Shown here in pieces: positions 1 to 13,345 of a stretch of 53,379 nt of DNA. This stretch comes from Hydrolagus affinis (taxonomy: Eukaryota). The stretch is from NCBI GenBank assembly GCA_012026655.1, contig JAAILG010002548.1:1-53379 (forward strand), read 5' to 3'. The position numbers and the translations under genes are program-made. The notes beneath the pieces are model-generated. The model saw only the letters and a list, made by a program, of their open reading frames with translations, did not search any database and was not told the origin of the DNA. Numbering within the stretch: the first letter of the stretch is position 1; each line of letters starts with the position of its first letter.

Positions 1-283
1 GACTTACTATTATTGAAGCCACGAAGCATCCTGCCGCTTTAGCTCCTCCCATATAGGAGAGGCTGCACTGCCCTGCTTAACTGAGGCACGCTAAAGATTG
101 AGTGTGCATTGCTGGGGCAACCAGAGAGAAGCTGCGCATGAGAAGTCCGCGAGATTTAAAGTGTGTGTAAACATTTGTTATAGCGAAAGCAGCCTTTGTT
201 AAGCGGATACGTGGTACAAATAGAAACCCTCGTTATAATGAAGTTTCGGTAACCGGGCATTCGGTAAGCGGGGTCTACCTGTA
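1..283. mobile_element. Right end of a pogo/Tigger-like (Tc1/mariner superfamily) DNA transposon, truncated by the window edge
   Basis: The reverse complement of 244-283 reads TA-CAGGTAGACCCCGCTTACCGAATGCCCGGTTACCGAAA. This is a CAG-starting TIR next to a TA target, with an internal TTACCGAA direct repeat. CpG is denser than in the flank. Confidence 0.7.
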
Positions 284-1123
284 TTTACAAAGATATGACA
301 CCAAACCATTTTTGAATGGTAAAGAGTGAAGGTAGAAATAAATACAGGAGTACTGCAAATCGAAATTAAAGATAAATCCTAAATATGTAGGTTAAGACCT
401 CTGAATAGAATGAAAAGATTGTCTGTGGTAAGATGGATTCAGATAAAAGTAATTTTAAGGGTCAAGAAAAATCAGCTATCTTCAAACAAAGAAAATATTT
501 TTAGATTTCATTTATATAATGTCACTTTGCCCTGCCTGCCTTTAAAATTAAATTATAGTAATTTCTCGTTACTTCACTGGTGATATGCTGGCCCGACTAT
601 TGCTAGGAAATTATGCCATTAATTCGGGATCTGCATACATAAAACAATGCTCTTATGAACAGTGGAGGCAGAGTGGCACATTGCTGAAATTTAAATGTTA
701 TAATATCTAATGAGAGCCTTTTAAAAGCTTTTATTTTATTCAATCGACAGGGGTAAATTATTTCCAATGCACATTCTGCTGAGGTGCCCGTCTGTCCCTG
801 GTTGATTGAATGAGCAGTAATTTAATCACAAATTGTTGGACTCGTTAGATATAGATTTCCATGCACATGATTTCTTTACTTCTGTGAACATGGGAAACTC
901 AACCATTAGAAAATCGCCTAAAAATCAGGCATAAGGCAAACCCATGGTACGAGGAAGATTACTTTCACAACAAACCATCCACCTACTTACATTGGCCACA
1001 ATTTCTGCTGCTTCTGAAACAATGTTTGACCAAATCATTGATGGATAGAAATTTTTAAATAGTTCCTGCAGCGACTTGCAAGCCAGCAATTACATTTAGC
1101 TGATGGCCCTGAGCCACGTAATC

Positions 1124-1149
<26 letters not shown>
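1124..1149. repeat. (CA)13 microsatellite
   Basis: Read directly from the sequence. Confidence 0.97.
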
Positions 1150-1154
<5 letters not shown>

Positions 1155-1651
1155 CAGCAGAGCTTGGAGCTGCTTTCCTTCAGATATTTGAGAGTTGTGA
1201 CTCACTTCCTAAACCAGGAACTTCTGAATCTGTGTTCCACTCCGTTCTTGGATGGCAGTGATTTATGAAGCGATTTGTATGTCCCAACGGCACAAAGAAA
1301 TGAAACTAATGCCAACCTCGCGGTTCCCTGTGGATGCTTCGGTGACAGAAGTGGAGTGCATCTGCTTTCACTAAATATTGGTAGAAGATTATTCTTTACA
1401 CACAGGAGTTGATTCAAAAGTAGAGGCTGTGAATGTGGGATCCCTAAGTGGATAAGTACATTACGTTCCCTGTACTCCCACCTACAGTAACATTCTTCTT
1501 TAATCAAATACAATTAGCCTGAAAATTAGAGAAAACATTTGTACTCAATCTGTGCCCGAGCAGCAAGAAATTAAGGAAGCCCAAAACAAATCATAATATT
1601 CTACCAATTTCCTCTGTATTAGGTTTCTTTCCAGCTGGGACCATCCTATAC

Positions 1652-1925
1652 CCAGGTGCCATCTTACAGCTAAAACATCTGCCTTGATCAAGTGGATGTT
1701 GAAAATCTCTTGACAATTAAAAAAAACCAGAAGGAAGATTCTCCCAATATCCTGGCCAACATTCCTCTGGATTACTTGATTGTTCACCTCATGGCGATTT
1801 GTGAGACGTTATTTGTATTACAAATTGCTCATAAGACATACTGTCACTCCACTTTACAGCATGTCCTGTTAAACATTATTACCCGTAAAGCACTTTGAGA
1901 CATTTCAGCATGTGAAGTTATTAAA
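1652..1925 (+). mobile_element. Old DeuSINE (SacSINE1/AmnSINE1-like) relic: Deu domain plus L2-type tail
   Basis: Motifs aggtgccatctt..., caagtggatgttgaaaatc, ttctcccaatatcctggccaacatt and gtaaagcactttgagacatttc occur in the order of the Deu consensus as remembered. This explains ORF 1692..1898. Confidence 0.65.
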
Positions 1926-2187
1926 AGTCAGCATAGGCTTAATATGCCTGGCTAGACATGAGGGAAACGTGCTTCAAAATACTAAGATAAACAATGGGAA
2001 GTCATAACAAAGCAATGCAAAATTATTTATTTTCTCATGATTTCCGAAAGACTGAAGGCATAGGTGCCCTGTAGCTTTCTACTAATTCATGAAAGCTATG
2101 ATTATTTGTATATAAAATGTTCCCTTAAACTGTATGATCCAAAGGTTGACACTAATGCCACTTTACCATGAAACAAGATCTTACTAA

Positions 2188-3052
2188 AAGGAAGGGGCAA
2201 AGCCAAGGATTGCCTTGAATGTGAGGACGAAGATCTTGAATTCGATCCTCTGGGGGAATGGGGACCCAATGGAGCTGGACAAGATGGGGTCACGGAGCCT
2301 GGTGTGGGAGAGCACATGAGCAGCAGAGTTTTGGATGATCTGCAGCTTGTCAAGGGAAGAGCTGGGAAGGCTGACGAGTAGTGAGTTTCTATAGTCAAGC
2401 CTTGATGTGACAAATGCATGAGTGAGAGTTTCGGCAGCCTGAGGGCTGAGGCAGTGGTGGAATCTGGCAATGTTATGGAGGTGGTGGAAGGTCATGGTGT
2501 GGATGTGGAGGAGAAAGGACAGTTCCGGGTCAAACAAGACACCCAGGTTCTTGACTGGTTTCACGAGTGTGCAGCCATGGATGCTGATGCTGCCAATGCT
2601 CGAGGTACGGAGGTGCTGATTGCAAGCCAATCAAGAGGGCCTTGCTGACGTTCAGCTGAAGAAAGTTGTCCCTCCTCCAGGACTCGATATCGGACAGGCA
2701 GTCTGTCAGGACGCCATTAGTCCTGGAGTTGAGGGTGGAAGGGAGAGAAGGAGTTGGGTGTCATATGCGTACATGTGAAAATTTACCCCATGTCTGTGGA
2801 TGATGTTATCGAGGAGGATCATGTAGAGGGTGAATTGGAGGGGACCAAGGACAGAGCCCTGAGGAATACCGCACGAGACGGTCTGGGGGCTGGAGGAAAA
2901 GCCGTTGGCAGACACAAAGTGGCGACAGTATGAAAGATAGGACCTGAACCAGTCAAGGACAGTTCCTTGAAGGTTGAGATGGTGGAGGATTGCATGGTCC
3001 ATGGAGTCAAAGGTGTCAGATAGGTCAAGGAGGCAGAGGGAACCCTGGTCAC
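2188..3052 (-). mobile_element. L2-clade LINE ORF2 (reverse transcriptase) fragment, dead
   Basis: ORF pieces WFRSYLS...CGIPQGSVLGPLQFTLYM...FHMYAYDTQL, then VKNLGVLFDPELSF...AAETLTHAFVTSRLDYRNSLL...LQIIQNSAAHVL...RIEFKI. These are typical L2 RT and C-terminal motifs. The copy is frameshifted and YADD has mutated to YAYD. Confidence 0.95.
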
Positions 3053-5127
3053 AAATAGTCAGGTGCCTATGATATTGTTCCGTAGGTACTGGGACTTCTG
3101 TCAGCTAAACATATTTCGATGTGATAAGATGCTATAAAAATCTTTCTCATTTTGCCCCAAATTGCCCTGCTGTTAAATTAGCATTTCATAACAAACTTAA
3201 ACCTTGAAATCATTTTGGCTACTACAGTATTACCTTAATGTCACAATAAAATAGACAATATGGTTGAATGGAAATCCACACAGTGTGTTTGACTCTTCAT
3301 GAAAGTCAGATGTTCATACAAAACATCAAGTTTGTTTCTTCTTATGGGCAAATGATAGTTTGTCATTTATAGGAATACACAAGAGGTGGATAAGACATAC
3401 TGAGGGCAAGAAGAAAAAAAAGGGTAGTTTGTGTTAAAAGAAAGGTGATTTCTATGATCTGATTTTCAGCAATTTTGAAAGTCAGGCAATGTAGGTCACG
3501 GAGAGGAAAATAATATGTGGTCTTGGTAACATTTTACAACAAGTCTTATTGCAGAAACACGTACTGTGATTTTTATTGTCAATTAAAAACTTGTTCTCTG
3601 GAACATTAAGAGTCTCTGTGGCATAGGTGATCAAGCCTACAGGAAAGTTATTTATGTTGCAATATTGGCCCCTTGGACCTGATAAAAGTGCCTCATCTCT
3701 GGTGAACACAGTAAAGCTTCTCAACCACACAATTTAGCTGCAGGACACATTGCACAACTCTAGTACTTAACACGAGTTTCAATAACTTCAAAAAATCTAC
3801 GGAGCAGAGGCAGCCAATGTTAAAATTCTTAAAGTGACTTGCTGTGCTGCAGCCGATGAGAAGTCTGCATCCAGACAGTTTTTTTTATTAACAGTGAATT
3901 ACAGTTCACTTTGGTATAATTAGGCATAATGAAGTGCACATGTAGACAGTTGGGGCCACCTTGCAACTACCTTATAACAGAAGTAGAAAGGTGTGACTCG
4001 TGGTCGTTAATATCACCTTAGGTTTGTAATGGCAATAAATGACTCCGTCTAAAAAATATGTGCACACAGATCATCTGCAAAGCCTTTCCAAGGCACCCAA
4101 TCCATCAGCAACGCACACTGCATTCATTGTCAATAATCCGTTGATAACATAAAACATCTGCTGCAGTGAAGGAACCAGCTTTTTAAAGAGAGAGAAAAAA
4201 AATCCAGCCTCACTGGGAAAGCTTGTAGATTTCAGCACACCGGTACTGGGATTTAAGAGCAAAAAGATGTTTTGGAACATCCACCTGCATGAGGTGGAGC
4301 ATAGTTGAGTAATTGTAATTATCATGATAGGAACCCATTATCTCAGAGTCCTTCAGAGGATTAGACTGGCTGTAGTTCGGTCAGGAAACATGAAACAATC
4401 CCTGGCTATGGCTCATAATGAAGGCAAACTCTGAGCTGTTCTTAATTTTCGAATCAGGGAAAGACAATCGGTTTCCTTTTGCTTATTGTTTCTTCATTCA
4501 CGACTGATAGTAGTAACCGGATCTGTGTACAGCGAACGGAGTCTACAGGATCACTGGAAATAAAACAGTCCACCATTGTTTCTTTGCGAAGTGGAATCTG
4601 TCTGTAAAGGTCAGGGAAAGCCGGTTTCCAACTTCAAACTTTTGAAATGCCCCTTTCTTTTCAGCCCAACAGTTCATCCAATTCTTAATGAGAAGCATAA
4701 TGAATGCCTGAACTTATTATTCTATGGTAGGCCAGCAGCAACAACTATAATCCTTTAATTATACTTAAGGCAACACCAAACTTCATGCTAGTTAAAAGCA
4801 AGTCGACCCCTCCTTTAATTGGCCTGGTGGAATGTGGTTGCTATTATGATTCCCAGATTAAAGGAGGATTTAGGTCTCTCAATATGTGCGATGTGTATCT
4901 CAGTCTAATTTTTCTCACTGAATAAAAACACAGTTCTATTCTTCAAGCAAGATTTGAGGTTCATTGATTAGTAATCTTATCACGTGTTCATACTTTGAAT
5001 CATTGACTACTTCCTAATTTATCAGATAAATCAAAAGATGTGTCTACATGTCTCGAAACGAAAGAAAGATTACACTTTTGCTCTGCATACAATACCAAAC
5101 TCCAGTATTATTCCTAGTGATTTCTTT

Positions 5128-5245
5128 GGAATAATAATAATCCTTACATTTGATATAGCGCTTTTCAAGTCTTCTAGATGTCTCAAAGCACTTCACAGAA
5201 TATACAGTACTGCAAAGTGAATTAACTGTATATATGTGGGCATCA
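5128..5245 (-). mobile_element. 3' tail fragment of the abundant tRNA-derived SINE
   Basis: ataataataatccttacatttgatatagcgcttttcaagtcttctagatgtctcaaagcacttcacagaatatac matches the tail of the full-length copy at 35851-36164. Confidence 0.85.
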
Positions 5246-6878
5246 CCATCAGCTAAATAAAATATCCTTAAGTGTATCCAACAAATGAGGTTCACACGGA
5301 TGGTATATGTGAGAGCAGTCACTATGTTTCTCTCTCTGTTGTTGGTTAAGATTCCGCTAGTATCAGTAAAAATGTGAATTATGAGTTTCCTACTTTGTGC
5401 CATCACATTACGTTTCAGTAATGAGCAGGAAATTCTATTTGACTTGACCTTAATCCTGCAGGGTAAATAGGAAGAAATTGAAGGAAAAAAAATTCTATGG
5501 AAAGATTAAAGAATGTGTGTCTTTGCAAAAATATTTTAAAAGATAAAACTTGTATTCTGTCTCCAAAAATACATTCAGCTTGCTGTCAGCTTTGTCCCCA
5601 GTGGCCAACAATAGCAAACTCTTGCCTGAAGAGAAGCAACCTTCAACATTTGAACTCTAAGCAAATGCAATGGCATCATCTTGCATGTCAGAGCTGATAA
5701 GACACTGATTTGTATCAGTGAGAAAGCAGCCCATTCCATGTAACACAGAACAATAGTATCAGCACTTGCAGTCTTGCTTTCAGAGAGCAAACAATCTGTC
5801 CTCCGTTAATGAGAACAATGTAGCTCAATATCTGGCTGAGATCTGGATTTAGACCAAGGTTACAAAATTACAGATAGCAATGCCGACCACAGTCTTGCAA
5901 TCCTGGTGGACGCACGTAGTGGCAGGGGGCGGTTCGGAAAATAAATACTGTTGTTGTAACAAATAGTTCTCTGGTGCCTCTCGCTTTGAGGAATCCAAAA
6001 AAAAGTTATAGTTCTCCGATGCTGCCTAGAATCAATAGGATTCTCACAAGACCTTCCTCTTCTTCAGAGTTAATTATGAGCTATTGATTGAAACACATAA
6101 GTTATTGACATGGATCAATGGTGTTACCTGTAGTGATCAGAATGATTAAATAAATTATAGTTATTACTGATTCCGAAGTTTGTCACTGGATTACCAGAGC
6201 CGCTGTTGAATTATATTCTGTGGTATTGAAAGATTTTTTTTTGGTGGGGGGAGAAAATCACAAAACTGTTAAACCCACAGGGAAGATGTGCTAAATATTT
6301 GCAACACAAAGGCATAAAGTAATGATCTGTGTAACTTTCACTTCTAATTCTACGAAGGATAAAATGTTTGGTGCTCATTAACAAACTGCAGCTGTCTGCT
6401 TTTCATCTGGCTTCTCTACCGGACAACACCAGGTGCGAAACACTGCTGGAACAAGCTTGTACAAAAATCCATATGCCATCAGAAATCTTAAGAGACCATT
6501 TCTTCATAGATTAAAAGAGTTGAATCTCATACTTTTCATGCCAGGTTTTTCTGCACAGCAGAGCCTATTCTCACAATCCACTGCAACAATATGTTATGGT
6601 CATTCTTCCACGTACACCGTTAGAAAAAGAGATATAGAGAGATGATGTGAACCATCTGCTTTTTATTGAGGCTTCCATTCTTGTAGCATCTTCAGTCACT
6701 ACACGGGGTTGGCTTGACACATCTGCTCCAATTAATTTTTGGTTTCCTGTAAATTTACTTTTAAATGCAAGGATAATTTGCAATTCAATTCTGTGTAAAA
6801 AGGCTAGATACAATTATGATAAACTGTGTTGACCATGAAGTTGAGAGAATGCTGATACTAAAAGAATACAAGGACATG

Positions 6879-6904
6879 AATAATAATAATAATAATAATA
6901 ATAA
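6879..6904. repeat. (AAT)8 microsatellite
   Basis: Read directly from the sequence. Confidence 0.95.
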
Positions 6905-7514
6905 GAGCTTAACCTTGATCAGCAGAAATGCTAAATGGGGTAGCATTTTTTCTGTATTGTGCCAATAAGTAAAATATTGTGAGTCTCTCTCCACTCTTTC
7001 CTTCAATTTTATGGTAACCAGCCTTTGCCAGTGTGTCTGAAAACTAGCAAACACCCTAAACAGAAACAATCCATACAAGGCAAACTGACTTTCTTCAGGG
7101 TTGTGGGTAGGATTGTGGATAGTTCAGTTCCTGCTTTATGCCTCTCTGAAATTTGCAATTGTGTCACAGGTCAATAAGTATAAATCTGTGTTCAAAGCTG
7201 TTAATTTATCAAATATTAAGCATGTTTAATTCCATATATTAAATTATGATCATATGGTGGCACACTGATAGCCAATACAGTATCCAAAATATTTGCATTA
7301 AAAATAACTAGAGGCAATTATTAATGCAACATTAAAAAGGCATCTAATTCAACTAAAAAATGTACTTAGAGTGACATGCCCTCTGAACATTCACATTGAT
7401 TTGTGAAGCATGTAAATAATTAATACACAAAGTATTTTTATATTGGCCCTCAGTGATGGTTATATGTAGGTTCACAGGAATCATACACTTGCCTACAAAT
7501 ACATAGTAACTATA

Positions 7515-7572
7515 ATTTACAGTGATCCTGCAAAGCACTTTGAGACGTTTCAATAAAGTCTCAAAGTGCTAC
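7515..7572 (+). mobile_element. SINE/L2 tail fragment with a perfected hairpin
   Basis: tgcaaagcactttgagacg matches the tail motif, with a 13-bp inverted repeat at 7534-7546 / 7558-7570. Confidence 0.6.
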
Positions 7573-8227
7573 TTCAAACACAATGATTATTAATAGTATA
7601 CAGTATAATAAATGCCAGATTCAAACCAAAACATGGTGCAGACAATGGCTGGGATTCAAAAGGAAGCTTTGATGCATTCTGCAGGCAGATATTTTTATGA
7701 CAAACAATAAAAGGAAGTTCTATTAGTCCAGTTAATTTAATGTCAATACTAGAACAGGAGTCATTGATCACCATCATAGATTAATGGCTTCTTAAGAAGC
7801 ACACCTGGGGGAGGAGTTTCAGGTGTAATATGTAATATAGTAAATATAATACCTATAGTAAACCCTAAATATTATATACCACCTCATCATGTCATCAAAC
7901 ATCTCAAAGCCTCAAAGTGCTTTACAGGATTTACTGTGAAGTGTAGTGATTGTGTATTCATTGGCAAATACTGCACTGAATTAATTGAACTTGTATAATT
8001 AAGTAAACATTCTATTAAATATAGAGGAATATCAATATAGGCATTCTCAATAATCCACTGTCTTGATGCATGCTTGTCTTTTATTTTGAGAATATTATTC
8101 TTCATATGTGTTTATATAATTGTAGACAGCATTTTCTGTTGCATTGGTTTGTACTGGGTAAAGCAGCTTAAACTGGATGCGCAGGCTTTGTACACAACTA
8201 GTCAGATGAAATATTTCAAGCCTTACA

Positions 8228-8270
8228 TATATATATTATATATATATATATATTATATATATATATATAT
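8228..8270. repeat. Imperfect (TA)n microsatellite
   Basis: Read directly from the sequence. Confidence 0.92.
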
Positions 8271-8904
8271 GTCACCTCGCAATTCCCCAAACATCTATGG
8301 GACAGAAATTTGCTGCAAACTGCTTATGAGATCATGAAAATTTTACTGTTGACTCAAGTCACATACGACGATTCTCAGTGTGTCTGTAATCTATCATCCT
8401 AGATTCTTGTCTTGTTTTGCAATAATTTTGTTGAACAGAGGGCTGTTGAGGTGAAGGCAATAGGATAAGGGAGAGATTCTCAAAGACATAGAAGAATGTC
8501 TGAAACAGAGGGATGGAAGATGGTAAAACATGACAAAAATACAAGAGACAAATTAATTTATTATTTTTAAAATGTACGTAAGCATAATTCTTTTTGGGAC
8601 AGAGCACATATGGAAACCTGACAACTTTACTTCTGTTAATAACGGTATCTGCAACCTTTTGTTGATCTGGCTTTGTAATCGAAAAAGAAGTTAAAGTAAC
8701 CAGAGCATGCAAGGCCAAAATCTTGGTACTATATTAGGCAAAACTGGTACTGTACTTTCTTTGCTACTTCACAAGGACACAGTGACACAAATTCTAGATA
8801 AAGGAATCCCGATTTCAGATTTAAAAAGACAAACACTAAAATATAATTAATTTACTCTATATTCATTCGTACCTGCAAAGATACTCTATATATAATAGCA
8901 ATCT

Positions 8905-9060
8905 AAAAAATACTTTGCATTTGCTATAGCATTTTTCAGGTCAGGAATAGGTTTCAAGAGACTTTACATTATCTATTGTGAAGTTTAGCAAATGTCTTTT
9001 GTAGGCAAATGAGGCGGTCGATTTGCACACAGCAAAGTCCTATAATCCCATCTATTTATG
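8905..9060 (-). mobile_element. Diverged SINE 3' half (Deu-like 3' part plus L2-type tail)
   Basis: ttgcatttgctatagcatttttc...ggcggtcgatttgcacacagcaaagtcc aligns by eye with the other tail copies. Confidence 0.65.
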
Positions 9061-10360
9061 ATGACTGAGCAATGATGACTGGCTCGGGTTTGAAGGGACC
9101 AATATTTTGATTATGTTCCTTGTGCCAATTTTACCTTAAGTGCTTGTTGATGGTTGATGGTGCTAATGCTTGTTGATGGTACAGCTGTGCTTGTATTGCG
9201 GAAAAGGGACATCTGTCAGGATTTAAAGTCTAATGTCTGGAGTCATCAACTATTATGTTCCACAATATGTTTCCTGTCACAATCAAATATTTCTGTTGAT
9301 GAGTCCAGAGAATTGTCTAATTGTTTGTAAATAGTTCTGAAAAGGTTAATGTTGCAGATTAACAAAGGAATCTAGCTCTTTCTCACTGTGACAGTGAGGC
9401 ACTGCCAATAGAATGAGAAGCAAATAGAGCTGTGGGGGTGGTGGTGGGGATTGAAGCACACAATAATGTCCATTTGGGAAAAGGTAGAGAGATAAGATTA
9501 TCGAGGTATGGAATTGAAGATAGATTCAAATTTACAGCCTTCATTATCATGGCTCCATCATTTTGAAAACAGTGAAACTCTCAATAAACCCCTTCAGATT
9601 TGCTTGCTGATGGTTGATATCTTTCAGCAGAATATTGTAAGAACCAAGAAAAGGGAAATTATTCATTATTATTTTACATTATCTATTCCGCTCCAACTCC
9701 TGTATTGTGTAATTGTGTACAAAAGCGAGAAAGAGCCATTAACACAGAATGTGCTTGAGCGAAAAACATACTAAATATGTATGCGAGAGACGTAAAATGT
9801 ATGGGGCAAGGATGGGGAGCAGTGAAGGGGAGAGTGGGAGAGGGAGGAAGAGAGAGGCAGAGAGAAAAAGAAAAGGTAAAGGAGATAGAGATGTAGAGGA
9901 AGATACTGCTGTTTGGACTAATTAGGGTCAGTTATTCTTTTCCAGCTTGGATTAGTTACCTAGGAAACCTGTAACTGCAGAGTAGGCACCATTCTCTCGC
10001 AATCACCCAGAACGCTCCATGAATGTCTAAATAATTCATAGTTTGGGCTTCAGCAAGAACCTGGTTACCTATAAACCAGGTCACAGTGAGATGTCTGCAC
10101 AAAATGCAGACACTTTGCTCACCTTCAGTTTGAACCCTGTGCCTATAAAAGTTATCTTCAGCGATAAAGATATGTTTGAAGGTTGAATGATCTTCAGTCC
10201 TTCATCATTAAATGTCGTTCTTCCCAGGCATTCCTGCTTTTTCTTCTCACATGCATGTTGTGGTCAATCCTACTCAAAGTACATCTGGCTGGCATACATA
10301 TTTCACTGATGTGCACGGTTAATGTAATACTACCTACTTCAGAGTGTATCAATAAAACAA

Positions 10361-10771
10361 GACAGTGAATGCTGGAAATTTGAAACTAAACGGAAAAAGC
10401 AAGCTAATTAGTGTCTTAAAGAGAAAGCTAGGTTAATGTTTTGAGGGTGTGAACAAGACTGGATTGGCTGAAACAGCACCACGATAAGATAAAGGATGAC
10501 ATTGGGACCAGGTAAATCAAAAACATAAGGGGGAAGTTAAAAATGTTAATGGCACATCAACCGCCTCTTTGAGTATGAATTTACTGGCATTTAATTTAAT
10601 GATTTAGCTAATTTCATGAGCCCTGTTTTCTTAATTAAAGTTCTCCTACTCTGTTCTTTTCTACAACCTGACGAGGGATCCTAACTTAAATTTTCACTGT
10701 GTTTTTATCTCTTTCAGTTGCTGACTGAGCTGTTGTATTTTTGCCAGCATTGTCTATGATTAAAATCAGAT
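10361..10771. mobile_element. Penelope-like element relic with inverted termini
   Basis: The left end aatgctggaaatttgaaactaaac...gagaaagctaggttaatgttt and the right end ctgacgaggg...tgtgtttttatctctttcagttgctgactgagctgttgtattt...ccagcattgtc...tcagat are degenerate reverse complements. They resemble shark Penelope-type termini from memory. Confidence 0.5.
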
Positions 10772-12004
10772 GGTTTTATTATTGTAGGCTGGACAGAAAA
10801 TATTCCTGGCATATTTGGGATTGCAAATCATTTAAGCTTATCTGAAAACTGTGAATTGTGCGCAGATAGCACCCCCTCAACCCTTAAATGTATTTTGCCA
10901 AAGAAGGATCAATTTAAGCAAGGTTGTGGACCTCATCTCCCTATCTAACAAAATTATTTCAGGATTTCACAAAAATCAAGTACTGGTAATAAAACAGCCT
11001 TCACTGCAATGATTTGAAATATACCATTTTCGGGAGGTACATTTTCCAGGAATTCCCTGTCCCTCCCGCTACCTGTTATGTCCAAATTAGAACTTCAATT
11101 CTCTTAGGCATTTTGTGCAGATCTATCCCGTGGCAGTAATAGTCTGGACATATCTAACAGAAAGTCAGATGACTATATGATACTATATGATTCAGACTGA
11201 AAAGCAATACCATTCCTCACCTGCAGTGCAGCCATTTACTGGGTCAGTCAAAAACATTAATATCTAGGGACACTTAATATATTCGTGCAATTGAAACATA
11301 CTTCATAGTGATTACACTAAGCCTCCCTGCCATCAGTAGGACAACCAAACAAACTCACAAGAGAATTGGAGAGCTGGCCACTTATGTAGAATATTATAAT
11401 GCATACCAAATGGCCATTATACAAATTTACTAAAAGTCAATTATCATGGGAGATGCGCAATGCTGGATTTAATTGACTTTGATTCTTAATTCATTACTTG
11501 TACAATTGCACTACCAAGCTCATTACAAAATTGCCATTAATTGTTCCTTCATTTCACACAAAAAATACAGAACATCCAACACATTCTTAATTTGTGTATT
11601 ATTTTGTTGACATTTAATACCAACATTTTATTTGACAAGCTTGCAACATACTTCTGCACCTCTTCACTAACAGTTTTGCAATTTTGGAAGTGAGCTCTTA
11701 ATTAAACCCATGGAAATGTAACATTTAAGAGTTTAGCACAGTTTAATCTTGTAAACAGCATCAATAGTCTAAAAAGTGGATGAGCTGGATAGAAAATTAA
11801 AATAAATTTAGCAGTAAAAGCAACTATAGTATATTTCTTCAATTAGGTATAATGTTAAATAAAATAGAATTATCACCTGATTTAATGATGTGTAATGTCA
11901 AAGTCTTATATTAATGTGAAAAATGGTCATTCTTGCACTGCCCAAGAATTTGTATTTCTTTTGGGTTTGGATACGTTTTACACAAGGTGTAAATATTTTT
12001 CAAT

Positions 12005-12066
12005 TCTACAACAACAACAGCAACAACATTACATTTATAGAGCGCCTTTCACATCGGAAGAACCCA
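12005..12066 (-). mobile_element. Extreme 3' tail of an L2 LINE
   Basis: (CAA)n-cattacatttatagagcgcctttcacatcggaag is the reverse complement of the L2 terminus seen at 44470-44533. Confidence 0.75.
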
Positions 12067-13287
12067 CTATGGGAAAAAAAATTAAGATGATACATAAAAT
12101 CAATCCACCATTCAGTGTCACCAACATACCCTTGTTTCATTATCAGTAATGAGTCCCCAAACAATACTGATTTCTACACTGACAACACAACCCATCTTAC
12201 CTTTGTCACAAAATCACTATATTGAAGACTGCACAGTTGCTGTAAATGTAACCCATAAACACTATGGAAGTTACTAAAATTGGACTATTGAATGATTCCT
12301 TCATTCCAACTCCTAGTACATTAAGGACAATCTGGTGAGCCTCTCACTGAAACAGTGCAGGGACCTATGCAACAGAGGCATGCCTGGAACATTGTATAGT
12401 CATTAGGAGAAACTATTTTGTTAGAATCAATGCCAAGTTGCTCTATGTACATGGTCCAGTCCTCTTCCCATTTGTTGCCTCCAAATTGTCATCTATTTCT
12501 CCAATATGGTTGGATTGATAAACAACCAACCTTCGCAGCAAGAAAAATGGAAATCTTCATAGAATAGCTTTTTATTGATGAGCTCAACCATTAATGTAAA
12601 TCACACAATGTTCTCAGTATCTTTTTAAATTGGTACAGCTCGACAGAAGATGTGTTAAAAGTGCCCAGTTCTAAATTACACTTGCAACACAATTTGTCCT
12701 TGGACAACTCAGTCTTAAATGCCCTAGAGGGAGTTCAGTACATTTTTTGGATGACTTTAATAAATTGGGTCAGCCTTGTTTTAGATTCTCTTGAGGCCAC
12801 TCCTCTCCATATCCCCTTCCAATCAACCTCCCCTGATTTTTTTTGTGTGTTGGGAAAGTCTGAGCTGCTGTGACTTTATCAGATTTGAGTAACAATTTAG
12901 CAGCAGTATACCAGGTTGTCAAGTTATCACAGACAGTACGGAACATCAAAAATACTCAGTGAAAAAGATGGTAGCCTGCAGGTTTGTGAAGAAATGCAAA
13001 TAAGGCAGATTCAGCCTGGATAGCAAGGTTAATGAGCTGTGCATTCCTAACGATTTGTAACAATACATTGTATAAAATATTGCAATAACATGGTACTTTT
13101 CCCCCAAGTAACAGACGACTATAATATTCAAATTATAAACTATATTTTGTACACAAAAAGTATGGGAAAACAGTCCATTTAAAATATATAGTGATAATTT
13201 CAGAGTATTTAAAAAACATTCTATTTAGTCCCTTTGCAACAAATAAAATTCCCCAGCTAAAAGAACAGGCAATTATGATAATAATGA

Positions 13288-13345
13288 AAATAATAATAAT
13301 CCTTGCGTTTGATATAGCGCTTTCACGTCTTTCAGACGTGAAATT
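13288..13345 (-). mobile_element. SINE tail fragment
   Basis: aataataataatccttgcgtttgatatagcgctttcacgtcttt. Confidence 0.75.

Noticed and set aside
1202-1513. 103-aa ORF and the many other 60-120 aa ORFs in the track
   Set aside because: No recognisable domain, and the compositions are typical of random AT-rich translation. In a vertebrate intron or intergenic region such ORFs are expected by chance.
2184-3052. RT motifs as a possible novel retron-like or domesticated RT system
   Set aside because: It is an ordinary L2 fragment, truncated and frameshifted, with catalytic YADD mutated.
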